Assembly (NCBI GenBank): GCA_000004985.1 | Contig: GG738852.1 | Length of the DNA stretch: 64,000 nt | Strand: one strand, 5' to 3' | DNA from: Naegleria gruberi | Lineage: Eukaryota | Part shown: positions 23,622 through 34,377 of the stretch, piece after piece | Position numbering within the stretch: position 1 is the stretch's first letter | Layout of the letters: the number at the start of each line of letters is the position of its first letter | The notes under the pieces: model-generated | What the model saw: the letters and a program-made list of their open reading frames with translations, nothing else | What the model was told of the DNA's origin: nothing | Databases searched by the model: none | Position numbers and translations under genes: made by a program

Positions 23622-25100
23622 CTATTCAATATTATGCCTCAAACTTTGAAGATATAAATCCGTCATTAAATAAAACATTCCATTGGCAGCTCCAATCATA
23701 TCCCTGAAAGCACTTATATTCGAATCTAATATAATTCTACTTGCAGCTTCTCCAACTCCACTCTGTGAATAAATTATAACATGATTATCACATACGAAAC
23801 CAAAATAATCTCCATTGAAATTATCTCCATTATCATCACCTCCACCTCCATGATTTAATGTAACCAATTGAGTATTACAAAGATAGAAACGAGGAGAATC
23901 GTATATACTTTCTTCTGTAATTTGAATTCTTGTAGAGGCACTTCCCTTGTCAATTAAGGCAAATTTAAATAAAACAGTGACAGTTTTAACAAGAATTTCA
24001 GTTTCAGATAGAGTACAAAGAATGGAGAAACTATTGTCATCATCATTCGATTCAGTAAATGCCAAAATGTTAGAGCACTCAAATCTTTTAACATTATTCA
24101 AATATTTTGGCATTCTCAAATCGAATTGTGAAACTGGATGGGAAATATCACTCTCATGATAGAGTGTCAAATGAGTTGAAATATTACTTGATTGATGACT
24201 TGTCAAAATATAGCCATCATCCAAGTTGACTATATGATTAGGTAATGATGGAGTTTTAGTAGCCAAAGATGGATTAAAGGCAGTTCTATGAACGACTACT
24301 CCCATTCTATTGATTTCAATGAGACCTACATGGAATGGATTAATTTGACTTGGAGATCTTTGAATATTCGAAACGAAAATTGAAGAACTTGATAAGAGAA
24401 TATTTCCAAACTCGATTGTGTTTTGATCGTAATTGAAAACAGTCCACATGAGTTGACCATTTAAATAAGGTGAACTCATATTGAAAGCTGAGATTTTGTC
24501 CTTATACGAAACATAGAGAATCGATTTGTTATCAATGGCTAAATCGACAATTTCAGTTTCAGATGCAGTACCTGTCATTACAACAGCCTTTCCAAATGTT
24601 TCATAATTTTTGGAAGTGTCAATTTTCAAAACGTACCAAATCTTATGATTCCAAATTCTTGGCAGGTACATGAAACTTCTTTCATTATCCATAATTGATC
24701 TATTCTCATTCAATCTTGAGAAATTCTTTGGAAATTCAAAAGACGAAACCATTGTTTTCCCACCACTCAAAACATCAAATGCAATTAATCTCTCCGAATG
24801 ATCCACTAAATTCCAATAGACACTTAATATCTGATTAGATCTCTCATCAAGAATGATTGGAAAGGAGCTTACATCCACCCTATTTACCTCTGGAAACTTT
24901 CCAATAAATTCAGCATGATGTCGAGTCATATTGGCAACAAATCTATTTCTCAATCGAGTGGCATCTCGTTCATTCCAGGAAGCACTTACTGTTCCATGCA
25001 TCATCATTATGATAATCATGAAACAACACAACACAATGAACATGCAACCGTGTGCATGTGGTGAGGTACTCTTCCAAGTACAACCTTTGAGCAACATCAT
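23622..25100 (-). CDS. Hypothetical secreted or membrane-anchored protein.
   Basis: 492-aa ORF starting with ATG, with an N-terminal hydrophobic segment. No family recognised. Divergently arranged against the 25378 gene. Confidence 0.4.
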   Translation of the reverse strand: MMLLKGCTWKSTSPHAHGCMFIVLCCFMIIIMMMHGTVSASWNERDATRLRNRFVANMTRHHAEFIGKFPEVNRVDVSSFPIILDERSNQILSVYWNLVDHSERLIAFDVLSGGKTMVSSFEFPKNFSRLNENRSIMDNERSFMYLPRIWNHKIWYVLKIDTSKNYETFGKAVVMTGTASETEIVDLAIDNKSILYVSYKDKISAFNMSSPYLNGQLMWTVFNYDQNTIEFGNILLSSSSIFVSNIQRSPSQINPFHVGLIEINRMGVVVHRTAFNPSLATKTPSLPNHIVNLDDGYILTSHQSSNISTHLTLYHESDISHPVSQFDLRMPKYLNNVKRFECSNILAFTESNDDDNSFSILCTLSETEILVKTVTVLFKFALIDKGSASTRIQITEESIYDSPRFYLCNTQLVTLNHGGGGDDNGDNFNGDYFGFVCDNHVIIYSQSGVGEAASRIILDSNISAFRDMIGAANGMFYLMTDLYLQSLRHNIE

Positions 25101-25377
25101 TTTCTTGAATATTCAAGTAGTAACTGTTCGTGTTGACAATTTTTTTTTGGCATTGTGAAAGAAAATCAGCGAAAAAACAATGAAAAAGAGGCCGCAGAGG
25201 TAATGTGGATGAAAAGAGAATGTTTAGTTTTTAAGGGGTTACCATTCGAGATGTTTAATTGGAAGCTTCGAACTTGTTTACAATATTTTTACAATTATGT
25301 TAAAAGTTAAATATATTCCTTGACACTCTAATTTCTTAAAGTGTTGTAATTGTGAAATTGATCTTGGTTGTCAAAAA

Positions 25378-27225
25378 ATGAGTCAATTGTATCATGACAC
25401 TTTATATTGCATCTTGGAATTTGTTAATATTCGAGATGGTGTTTCTATTCTCTCTGTTTCAAGATCGTGGCATGAATTGGATCGATATGAAATTGTGTGG
25501 AAAACATTACTTTCGAATTGGTTGAAAATTAAAATTCATGACTATTCTAATCTGAAAAAGAATATTGGAAAGAGTGATGAGAAATATTGTGAAAAGACAT
25601 TAACTTGCCTTCGGAAACTATACAAACAAAACATTGAGAATGAAAAACAAGTGAAAATTAATTTTATGGGAAATGATTCGAATAATGATCAATCAATAAT
25701 GAATAATGGAGAAGAATATAAGAAATTAGTCCGTTCTGCGCTGTATTCAGTGTTTCGTGTGAATATGATGAATGGATTTGGAGTGTTGGTAATGAAAAAT
25801 TTAGGGGAAAATATATTGGAATTTCAACATTCGAATGTGTTTGCTCAATTCCACCTCGATCAGGCAAAAAAGTTTATTCTCAACAAGCCAATCAACAAAC
25901 AAGAACTCACACTGGAAGAATCAGAGTATTGGAATAGATTCTCTCCTTCTCTTTTAAATTTCTGTGTTCAAAGAAAGCAATTCGATATTTGTAAAATGTT
26001 GAATAATTTCAGGCCAACTCTAAATGATCGTCTTCTACCAAAGCTATTGTTTCAATTTGATGAGAGAGAGAAATTGGAAGCTATTAAGAATTATATTTTA
26101 AATTTCAAAGATCAGAATGGATACAATCTCACTCCACAACTTTCTGGAATTGTTATGAATTTCAAGGTCACAAACATTCTAGGATTTGAATATTTAAGGG
26201 AGTGTGTAGAGATTCTGTATCCTGGCAATTGGAATCAAATATTGGAAAACTCTGTCAAGAGTAATCGATTGGAACTGCTCTCTGAAAAGAAAATTGGAAA
26301 TGTGGAAGAATTTGTAGAGTTTTGTAAAATTGCAGAATTGAAAAAAATTGAACTTTATATGGCTCCCAGGTTTTGTAATATATTTTCACATGGATTTGAT
26401 TTTTTGCATGTGCTGTTTAAATGTGAACTGATTGATCAATTTGATATGAAACTCCTTCTTCACAAGTATCAATTCAGAGAGAAGGAAGTGATGAAATTTA
26501 TTGAAATTATGCCAGATTTTGATCCATATGAATGTGTCCTAGATCATCGAGGTATAGCTCACAACTTTGTGAATACTTTCCTCACAAAACCATATGGTGC
26601 CATGACACATTATTTCAATAATTACTTTGACAAATATCCAAAATTTAATCTTGTACAACTAATTCACAAATTGAATGAATTAGATGGAGGAAATAGGCCT
26701 GATTCATACTATGATGAGTATCTTAACAAATTTATAGCGTCATTATTTGCAGAATTTGAATTTAATTGGTTTGAGGCTATTGATGCCATTACTATTTTGG
26801 GAAAATTCATCACTCACTCACTCAATATTGAATGTCTTGTGAAAATTTGTGAAAAATATAATGATTGGAATCCAGAAGAAAGAACATGGAATGTTGGTTG
26901 TTTTAATGCCTTCCAAACTTTGTTGGAAAACGTGCATTGTATCAATTACAATGGTGAACATATTCCATTCGTAGAGTATTGTAAAACATTCTATCAAAAT
27001 TATCAATATTCTGAATTGGATAAAGATATTTATTCGAAAGATACTTGTTGGAAAGTGGAAAATAGGGAAAATCTTGCAAAACTATATCATACAGCTCTCA
27101 ATTTAATTCACAAACTCAGTCCACAAGATCAGGAGGACATGGTCATTTATACAAAAATAAGATCCATACCAAGATATCGAAATTTTACAACATATGAAAC
27201 TCTGTACAGGGACGAAGATTTATAA
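25378..27225 (+). CDS. Hypothetical protein with an N-terminal F-box-like motif.
   Basis: 615-aa ORF. The N-terminus LYCILEFVNIRDGVSILSVSRSWHEL resembles an F-box. The rest is unrecognised. Confidence 0.45.
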   Translation: MSQLYHDTLYCILEFVNIRDGVSILSVSRSWHELDRYEIVWKTLLSNWLKIKIHDYSNLKKNIGKSDEKYCEKTLTCLRKLYKQNIENEKQVKINFMGNDSNNDQSIMNNGEEYKKLVRSALYSVFRVNMMNGFGVLVMKNLGENILEFQHSNVFAQFHLDQAKKFILNKPINKQELTLEESEYWNRFSPSLLNFCVQRKQFDICKMLNNFRPTLNDRLLPKLLFQFDEREKLEAIKNYILNFKDQNGYNLTPQLSGIVMNFKVTNILGFEYLRECVEILYPGNWNQILENSVKSNRLELLSEKKIGNVEEFVEFCKIAELKKIELYMAPRFCNIFSHGFDFLHVLFKCELIDQFDMKLLLHKYQFREKEVMKFIEIMPDFDPYECVLDHRGIAHNFVNTFLTKPYGAMTHYFNNYFDKYPKFNLVQLIHKLNELDGGNRPDSYYDEYLNKFIASLFAEFEFNWFEAIDAITILGKFITHSLNIECLVKICEKYNDWNPEERTWNVGCFNAFQTLLENVHCINYNGEHIPFVEYCKTFYQNYQYSELDKDIYSKDTCWKVENRENLAKLYHTALNLIHKLSPQDQEDMVIYTKIRSIPRYRNFTTYETLYRDEDL

Positions 27226-27277
27226 AAACAGCAACAGTTCAATAATTTGATGATGGAATTTAATCTCCTTCTTGGAA

Positions 27278-30175
27278 TTATTCAATTGATATTTTGCAAA
27301 CTTGAACATTTTCCTTGTGTGATGAAATTCTAACAGTTGAAGTATATCTTTGCTCATTAGGTCTCATATAATTGAGGAAGAAGGTACACAAAACGGTTGT
27401 ACCACCTGTCAAGCCCTGAGAATAATTCGAATAATAATTGGTGGTTGCAATGTAATCACCTGGTTGGGCTTTCTTAATCATGTATTCCTCAGGTCCATAA
27501 CCCTCTCTGAAATCTCTAGAGACCAGACCTTTAATTCTTGTATTGGGATGACCATAGTAGGCATGTTCTCCATAGGGCTTTGGTTCTTCAACATGTAGAT
27601 CCAAATCTACCATATCTGTATCCCATGCCATACTAATACGGATATCGAGATCAAAATTATAAATCAAACTTTGGTCAACTATTGGCAAATTTGGATCTTT
27701 GAGAAGGAGATGGTTCATTTCCAATGCAACTGTGAGTTCAATTTCAGAAAAACGTTCATCCCATTTTCCTACAATTACCTTATTGAATAATTGCATGGCT
27801 TCTTCATACTTTCCTAATCTTTCCTTAATGAGAGCCAAATCTCTGAATGATTGAGGTTCGAAAGAGTTGATTTTCTTGACCTTTTCGAATATCAATTCGG
27901 CTAATTCCAATTCATCAGCTTGATCCAATCTATATCCAACAATTCTGTATAATTGTACATTTTCCAATTCCAATTCAACAATATTGGATAAAATTCTTAC
28001 TCCAAGAGTTTTGTTACCTTGTTTGGTCAAAAAGTAATCAGCCACATCCAAGTAGAAAGCAGGAGAGTCCTTATATTCTTTTCTCTGGTTTAAATATTCA
28101 ATGTAAGGATCTTGGGCTGTGGTGATAGCTTCGTAATATGTTGCATTTGGAGTCCAAGGAGTGATAGTAATGGAACCTTCTATTGGACTGGATGATGAAT
28201 CAGTTGTACTTGTAATCCTTTTACGTTTGCTACTAGTGGGAATTTCATTTTCTCTTCTATCATCACTTATATCATAACTTCTATCATCAGAGGTTTGAGA
28301 AAATCGAGTTCTTCCTAGCAAACTTCTCTTTTTCTTGCTTTGAATTCTTTTAAGAGTAGCCATGTCAAAATTTACTCTATGCCAATCAGTACGAAGTTTC
28401 CATTTTTTGATAAATTGCTTTAGTTTTTTCTTTTCCTGTTTTTTTGTGGAAGACTCGTTTCGTTTTTGAGATTCAAAGAAGGACTCTCTCCACTTTGGCA
28501 GACTCTCTGGTGGAACAATATTGTATTTAATGTACTGACTCACTGATTCGAGTACGAGAAGAGAGGTTGATTCAGTGACAATACTGAACTCTTGACTAGT
28601 TTTTCTAATTTCATCCATGAATAGATGGGAGAATGAGGAAAGAGATTGGATTTTTTCCTGAGCCCATAAATGTGGAACTATGGCAGATTCTTTGGAAACT
28701 TGTACCCTAGTAGTTGGAATATTAATTTCCTGTGTTTGAATAATCTTGGATCCATATTTGAATGTGACACCAACTGAAACTGTTGGATTATTGAAATTTT
28801 TGATTTTACCAAATAGGTTGAAAACTTCTCCTTCTTTTACCCCAACTGGTTCGTGTGGATAAACTTGTTCCATATCACAACTCTCATAATCAGCTACCAA
28901 AAAAAGTAATTGATTCTTTCCAATTATTTCCAATATCTTTTCAATACTAGTTTCATTTGCATTCAAATAAGCTCCTCCCGATTTCACTGCAATATTTTTC
29001 AACAGTTGACTGTTTGTAATTGCAGAAGTGTTTAAAAAGAATACTGGCTTCTCAAAAGTGCATTTGGGTGTCAGCTCTAAACCAAAGTTGTGAATTCCAT
29101 TTGTGAATGCAATACAATAATCAACGTTGCTACAGATCAATTCTTCTCCAAATAGCTTCATATTAGAGGCACCATCATAGACTACGCTGTTTTGAATAAA
29201 TAGTAAAAGAGATTCTTTTGAATTAAATTCTTGTTGGTCAACTATGGTATTACTAAATAATGATAAGGTAATAGGACCATTTTCTAATCTATTGAGAATT
29301 AATTTCAAGAGATTTACATTTTCCTCATGTTGATCTGATTGACTGAGCGAAACATCCCAAATTATTTGAACCTTATTTCCAATGCTCTCTAATTTTAACT
29401 CTTCTGGAATTGCAGAAACAGGAAGTGAAACCATAAAGTAGTCATTCTCAGTAGCTAACAAAATATTATCAGTGCTCTTTACCTTTCTTACCAACTCAAT
29501 TGAGAAACCTGTTAAGCTTTTACTCAAATCACTTTTTTCCAATCTTTGAATGTTTGAATTAGAACCAGACTTAATTAACTTCTCTCCATTTTCCATTTTC
29601 ATTACAATACTGGAATCGAAGTCATGGATGGCACTCTCATTAAACATGAATTCAACATTAGCATCTCTCAAAAGATTAAATTCTTGATACGAAAGTGGAA
29701 ACCAAGCAGAGGCGGATAATTTGTTTCCATTTTCAACAATTTCTTTCATGATGATTTGATACTTGACTCTAATGGTCTTATCTTGTCCAAACACGAGAGG
29801 ATAAACTCGTGTTTTGAAGCAATTAGAATTGTCAACCTTCTCGGCAATTGAAACTTGTTTGTGAGATCTCACTTCAGATTCGAATATCTTTTTTGAACTC
29901 TCCTTCTCCACAGGTACAGCATCAATCAATTCTCCATCCACTTGCATTGCAAATCCAATAACAGATGCACCATCCGGAAGTGGCATGATCAATTCACCTC
30001 CTAAATCTCTCTTAGAAACTTCATTTCTAAAAGTCATGGTCGAAACTATTTGTACAATAGGATAGATAATATTACATTGAATCTTGTGCCCAACAATTGG
30101 TAAGATTGTCGAAGCCTTGTCAGAGTATTCTTCACCCACTCTCACATGAATAACCTCTCTTTTGGAATGTGTCAT
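27278..30175 (-). CDS. Large VIT (vault/inter-alpha-trypsin) + von Willebrand factor A domain protein with a C-terminal helical/TPR-like region.
   Basis: 965-aa single ORF with ATG verified. The N-terminal VIT-like segment (...TFRNEVSKRDLGGELIMPLPDGASVIGFAMQVDGELIDAVPVEKE...) is followed by a vWA-like region. Confidence 0.65.
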   Translation of the reverse strand: MTHSKREVIHVRVGEEYSDKASTILPIVGHKIQCNIIYPIVQIVSTMTFRNEVSKRDLGGELIMPLPDGASVIGFAMQVDGELIDAVPVEKESSKKIFESEVRSHKQVSIAEKVDNSNCFKTRVYPLVFGQDKTIRVKYQIIMKEIVENGNKLSASAWFPLSYQEFNLLRDANVEFMFNESAIHDFDSSIVMKMENGEKLIKSGSNSNIQRLEKSDLSKSLTGFSIELVRKVKSTDNILLATENDYFMVSLPVSAIPEELKLESIGNKVQIIWDVSLSQSDQHEENVNLLKLILNRLENGPITLSLFSNTIVDQQEFNSKESLLLFIQNSVVYDGASNMKLFGEELICSNVDYCIAFTNGIHNFGLELTPKCTFEKPVFFLNTSAITNSQLLKNIAVKSGGAYLNANETSIEKILEIIGKNQLLFLVADYESCDMEQVYPHEPVGVKEGEVFNLFGKIKNFNNPTVSVGVTFKYGSKIIQTQEINIPTTRVQVSKESAIVPHLWAQEKIQSLSSFSHLFMDEIRKTSQEFSIVTESTSLLVLESVSQYIKYNIVPPESLPKWRESFFESQKRNESSTKKQEKKKLKQFIKKWKLRTDWHRVNFDMATLKRIQSKKKRSLLGRTRFSQTSDDRSYDISDDRRENEIPTSSKRKRITSTTDSSSSPIEGSITITPWTPNATYYEAITTAQDPYIEYLNQRKEYKDSPAFYLDVADYFLTKQGNKTLGVRILSNIVELELENVQLYRIVGYRLDQADELELAELIFEKVKKINSFEPQSFRDLALIKERLGKYEEAMQLFNKVIVGKWDERFSEIELTVALEMNHLLLKDPNLPIVDQSLIYNFDLDIRISMAWDTDMVDLDLHVEEPKPYGEHAYYGHPNTRIKGLVSRDFREGYGPEEYMIKKAQPGDYIATTNYYSNYSQGLTGGTTVLCTFFLNYMRPNEQRYTSTVRISSHKENVQVCKISIE

Positions 30176-30633
30176 TTTTTTTTGATTGTTTTTGACTGAT
30201 CACACTTTTAGCCTTTTTATTCACTACAAATCTAGGGTGAAAAATAGCTTTTTAGCTTGGTCAATAGAATTTTCGCTGGAGGGGCGGATCCACTCGACAA
30301 ATTGTCGACCGCTCTCTATGGTTTTGAGATTGTTCCAAGTTCGCTATTTTCAAAACTCTTGCAAAATTAATTTGTAGTGGGTTGAAGGTGATAGGAAAAA
30401 GTTATGATCGAAATGCTTTTTGAAATTACATAATTTTTCGTTTTTTCTTATTTGGTGTAACATTGAATCTCTCAAGAAAAGGAATTTAACTTTCATGAAA
30501 CGCTGTTATCTGTTCTTTTGAGATTGTTGATCAATTTGTTTATTGATTTAGTACAGGCAATTCCGTTGTAAGAAAAACCATTATATAAGTATATTAATAA
30601 GACCAATTAAGGAATAGTTATAACATGTGGAAA

Positions 30634-30704
30634 TCGGGCGTGGTATAGTGGTAGCATTCCAGACTGTCACTCTGGCGACCCGGGTTCAATTCCCGGCGTT
30701 CGAG
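30634..30704 (+). tRNA. tRNA-Asp (anticodon GTC).
   Basis: Cloverleaf folded by hand. Acceptor TCGGGCG/CGTTCGA with two G-U pairs. D-arm GTATAGTGGTAGCAT. Anticodon stem CCAGA/TCTGG with loop CTGTCAC. T-arm CCGGG-TTCAATT-CCCGG. Discriminator G. Confidence 0.85.
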
Positions 30705-30730
30705 TTAAAATTTTATGCTGTTTTAGTTTT
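30705..30730 (+). terminator. Probable Pol III terminator T-tracts downstream of the tRNA.
   Basis: gttaaaattttatgctgttttagtttttt lies immediately 3' of the tRNA. Confidence 0.4.
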
Positions 30731-30903
30731 TTAGAACTTTTCATAATAGCTACATGTTCTAGACATTATAGTATATATGTGCTTCAATTTTCAAATTTTG
30801 GTGTTTTGTTTTTATTGAGATAATCACCAAAGTTTGGAACTCTTTTTTTCTATCACGAACTCGTGTTCAAGTTCCAGCCATTAACACACAGTTTACAAAA
30901 AAA

Positions 30904-32015
30904 ATGACTGAAAATCCACCTCTCATCATTGATAATGGTTCCTCTCTCATGAAAGCTGGTTTATCTGATGATGATGCTCCATGTGCAGTCTTTCCCACAG
31001 TTACTGGACGACAAAAAGTTTCCACCCTCATGGTTGGAATGAATAACATTGACAAGACGTTCGTTGGAGATAATACATTTGGACTCAGGAGAGGTATAAA
31101 TGTGTTCTATTATCCAATTGATCGTGGATTGATTACTGACTGGGATCAAATGGAAAAGATATGGGATTACATATTTAATTCTGAATTAAGAGTTGCTCCA
31201 GAGTATCATGAAGTATTATTGTTAGAAATTCCATTAAATCCAATGGAAACTAAAGAGAAAATGTCACAAAGCATGTTTGAAACTTTTAGGGTGAGAAGTT
31301 TGTGTTTGGCAAATCAATGTGCCATGTCAATGTTTGCAAGTGGTAGAATGACAGGTATAGTGTTGGAATCAGGCGATGGTGTTACCAATTCAGTGCCTAT
31401 TTATGAAGGATACGCACTGTCACATGCCACTATCAGAGTTGAATTAGGAGGTAAAGATCTGACAGATTATTTGAGGAAAATCTTAATGGAACGAGGATAT
31501 AATTTCACCACAAAGCATGAAACTGAAATAGTAAGGTATATGAAAGAAAAAACTGGTTGTGTTGCTAGTAACTTTTTGGAAGAAACAATATCAGAAATTC
31601 CTTATGAATTACCGGATGGAAATATAATTCACTTGGAATAGAAAGATACAAAACTACTGAGATATTATTTCAACCAAATCTTGTTGGAATGGAGGTTGGT
31701 GGAATTCATGAAAATATTTTCACTTCTATTAGAAAGTCTGATTTAGATATTAGAAAGGAATTGTATTCGAATATTTTTCTTTCGGGAGGATCGACATTGT
31801 TCAATGGAATAGTAGAACGATTGTATAATGAATTGAGGGAATTATCTCCCTCCTCAATGAACATTCGAATAACAGCACCACCAGAAAGAAAGTACACTGC
31901 ATGGATTGGTGGTAGTATTTTCTCCAAATTATCAACCTTCCAATCGATGTGCATAACCTTAGAGGAATATGAAGAGAGTGGATACAATATAATTCATAGA
32001 AAGGGCATCTTTTGA
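30904..32015 (+). CDS. Divergent actin / actin-related protein. The reading frame is interrupted by an apparent 1-nt deletion near 31634-31636.
   Basis: Track ORF 30904-31641 aligns to actin residues about 1-245 (LIIDNGSS..., [33 protein letters not shown]). Track ORF 31689-32015 aligns to the actin C-terminus ([12 protein letters not shown]..., IRITAPPERKYTAWIGGSI..., HRKG.F). Inserting one G in the ttgg(g)aa run restores [24 protein letters not shown], colinear with actin [24 protein letters not shown]. Confidence 0.7.
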
Positions 32016-33615
32016 GACTGCCAGGTTTCCAGTCCATAACAATAAGACAATAAATGCCAGTAAGCATGATCCTAAGTCGTTTCTAATTTCAGGAATGAAA
32101 ACAAAGGATAAGAAAATTACAATGATTGATTCAAAAGTTAAAAGACTACAGCACCACAGGTTCCCAAGTTGTCTCCAACCTCAGTACTGATGTGGCTCGA
32201 CGATGCTTAACTTCTCAAATCGGACGGGATGAGGTGTATTCATCGTGATATGGCCGTAGCCATTCATTACCTTAATACAATGAATATAAAGAATATTGAA
32301 AATCTCCGAAAGCAGTAAAAGGGACTGTGTGATTCTATTTCAATAAATATTGTTTTTCATTTTGTAATTTTAGACGGGAAGCCTGCCAGGAATATGGCGA
32401 CTATCCCGCTACAGTCTTTGACTGTATGAACAGTGAAGGCAACGAATCTATTGATTGTTGGTTCAGTAAGTTTGTTGTTTAGAAAAGCTTGCTACGTGAC
32501 CATTTATTTATCACCTTTGAATTTTATCTATTTAGAAAGAGAAACTTGTGGTTGATCAATAAACCTTCAAATTTCGAATTTGAGTCTTCAAATATTTGCT
32601 CTCACTTTTTCTTAGTTGAACTTCTTCATGAACAGGATTTACCTACAAACCTGCGGCAAGTGTTTATTTCCAAGACAAAATAAAACCCTAACTCCAATAC
32701 AGTGCAATGAAGATACTAAATGTTTAGTTGTAGTGCTTGTTCATTCTGCTCGAGATTAGCTTTGAATACACAATCACCATGTTGATTAATAAAAGGAAAG
32801 TGTTGATTCCAATCTTAATAGAATTTTATAGATTAGGTTGTGTACGGCGTAATTGTAATATTTTTTTCTTTTAATTGATAAAAAGTTTAAGGTACCAATC
32901 TGCATGTTCACAAATCCCCCATTCACAAACCATGGCTGGTTAGGAATGCAGCAATCATCTATGAACGAGGAAACCTACAGCGAAGCATGTTTCCAGTTCG
33001 ATATCATGCTCAAGATATGTGACTACAGAGTCTTCATCTTGGTTAACCTCAAAGGTCAGATTGACTCAAAAAAGTCGAGTTTATGTATTCCTACAGAAAA
33101 GATCCTGTAGAAGTACAGTCAATGGTTTTATCAATCTTGCCACTAGGAGGTAGATATATTGCCCCAACGAGGAGAGGAATTGGAGATGGAAACTTATGGT
33201 TCGATTTATAATAATAAAATTCCTCATCATCAATAAAATATTTGAATAAGATTTTTTGCTGTAATGTTAGTAGTAGGGTGAGCGTGCAATAAGAAAGCTG
33301 TAGTAAGGCGAGAACTTGGGCGGTAGATTCATTGGAATTTCAACTGCTCAACTTCATGTTGTTATTTGATGAGTCAACAAGTCTTGAGAGCAAAACAAGC
33401 CAGGATCGAAATAGTGAATCGATTTTCCAAGTTTGACCTGTTGAAAGAGAACAAGGTAAAGAGCAGCTGCTCACCACAAAGTTGTATGTTGTTTGGTTGT
33501 TGTGTGCGACTGCACAATTCAACCAAGGTATCTAACGTTCTTGTTAAATTCCGTACGTTACACAAAACCAACAAACTTTCAACACTCAAAAAAATTAATT
33601 TAATCCACTATCACA

Positions 33616-33885
33616 ATGACCGATCCAAAGGACCTCACTGAAACTGAAGAAGTTGTTGAAGAAGAAGAACAAGAAGAAACAACAACAAAGAAGGCTGTTC
33701 CAAAGAGAACTAGAGAAGAAAAGGACGAAGAACCAGAAGAAGAGGAAGAAGCTGAAGCCGAAGTAGATGAAGACGACGAAGATGATGAAGAATACGTCGA
33801 AGAAGAGGAAGACGATGAAGATGAAGATGAGGACGAAGAAGACGATGATGATGAAGATGAAGCTCCAAAGAAGAAGAGAAAGTAA
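33616..33885 (+). CDS. Small, extremely acidic protein with a C-terminal basic KKKRK (NLS-like); prothymosin/nucleoplasmin-tail-like.
   Basis: 89-aa ORF with ATG verified. More than 60% D/E. Ends APKKKRK. Confidence 0.55.
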   Translation: MTDPKDLTETEEVVEEEEQEETTTKKAVPKRTREEKDEEPEEEEEAEAEVDEDDEDDEEYVEEEEDDEDEDEDEEDDDDEDEAPKKKRK

Positions 33886-34377
33886 ACTTGCTCACTGATC
33901 AATAGCTTAATTCCACAATTTTCAACAAATCTCTCTCCATACAACAACCTACTCTCATCACACTTTATTTATATACCTAAATTGCTAAACCTCTCTACAA
34001 ATCAACAAGCTTGTATTGTTGATAGATTTTCCTCTCTCTAGATTCTGCTAGCTAGTGAAACCACTCCTCACTACTACAACAATATCCCTAAAATTAGAGT
34101 AAATTTAAATATTTACCTGTTCTTTCAAAGTGTGTAATCTTCTCTCAATGATATGTTGGTACAAACGGGGAACAAGATTGGTAATAATATTGAGCATCCA
34201 ATGGTTAGAGCTCTTGCTATCAAAAAGTAGATAATAGCTTTGGTTACTACTCCCAAGAACAAGGACTTTTAACATCATTACGAATTGCTCCTCTTATTGA
34301 CTTTGTCCTCCTGCCAATAAATGGACGTTCACTTGTCAATCAACAAAAAAACGCGAAAATTAACATTCCACATAACA

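Noticed and set aside
32904-33110. 68-aa ORF MFTNPPFTNHGWLGMQQSSMNEETYSEACFQFD... as a small gene.
   Set aside because: No family resemblance, no clear splice context, and a length near the chance level. I left it unannotated.
33600-33947. Minus-strand poly-Ser ORF (115 aa) and the other antisense ORFs overlapping the acidic-protein gene.
   Set aside because: They are the complement of the GAA/GAT-rich coding repeat and an antisense artefact.
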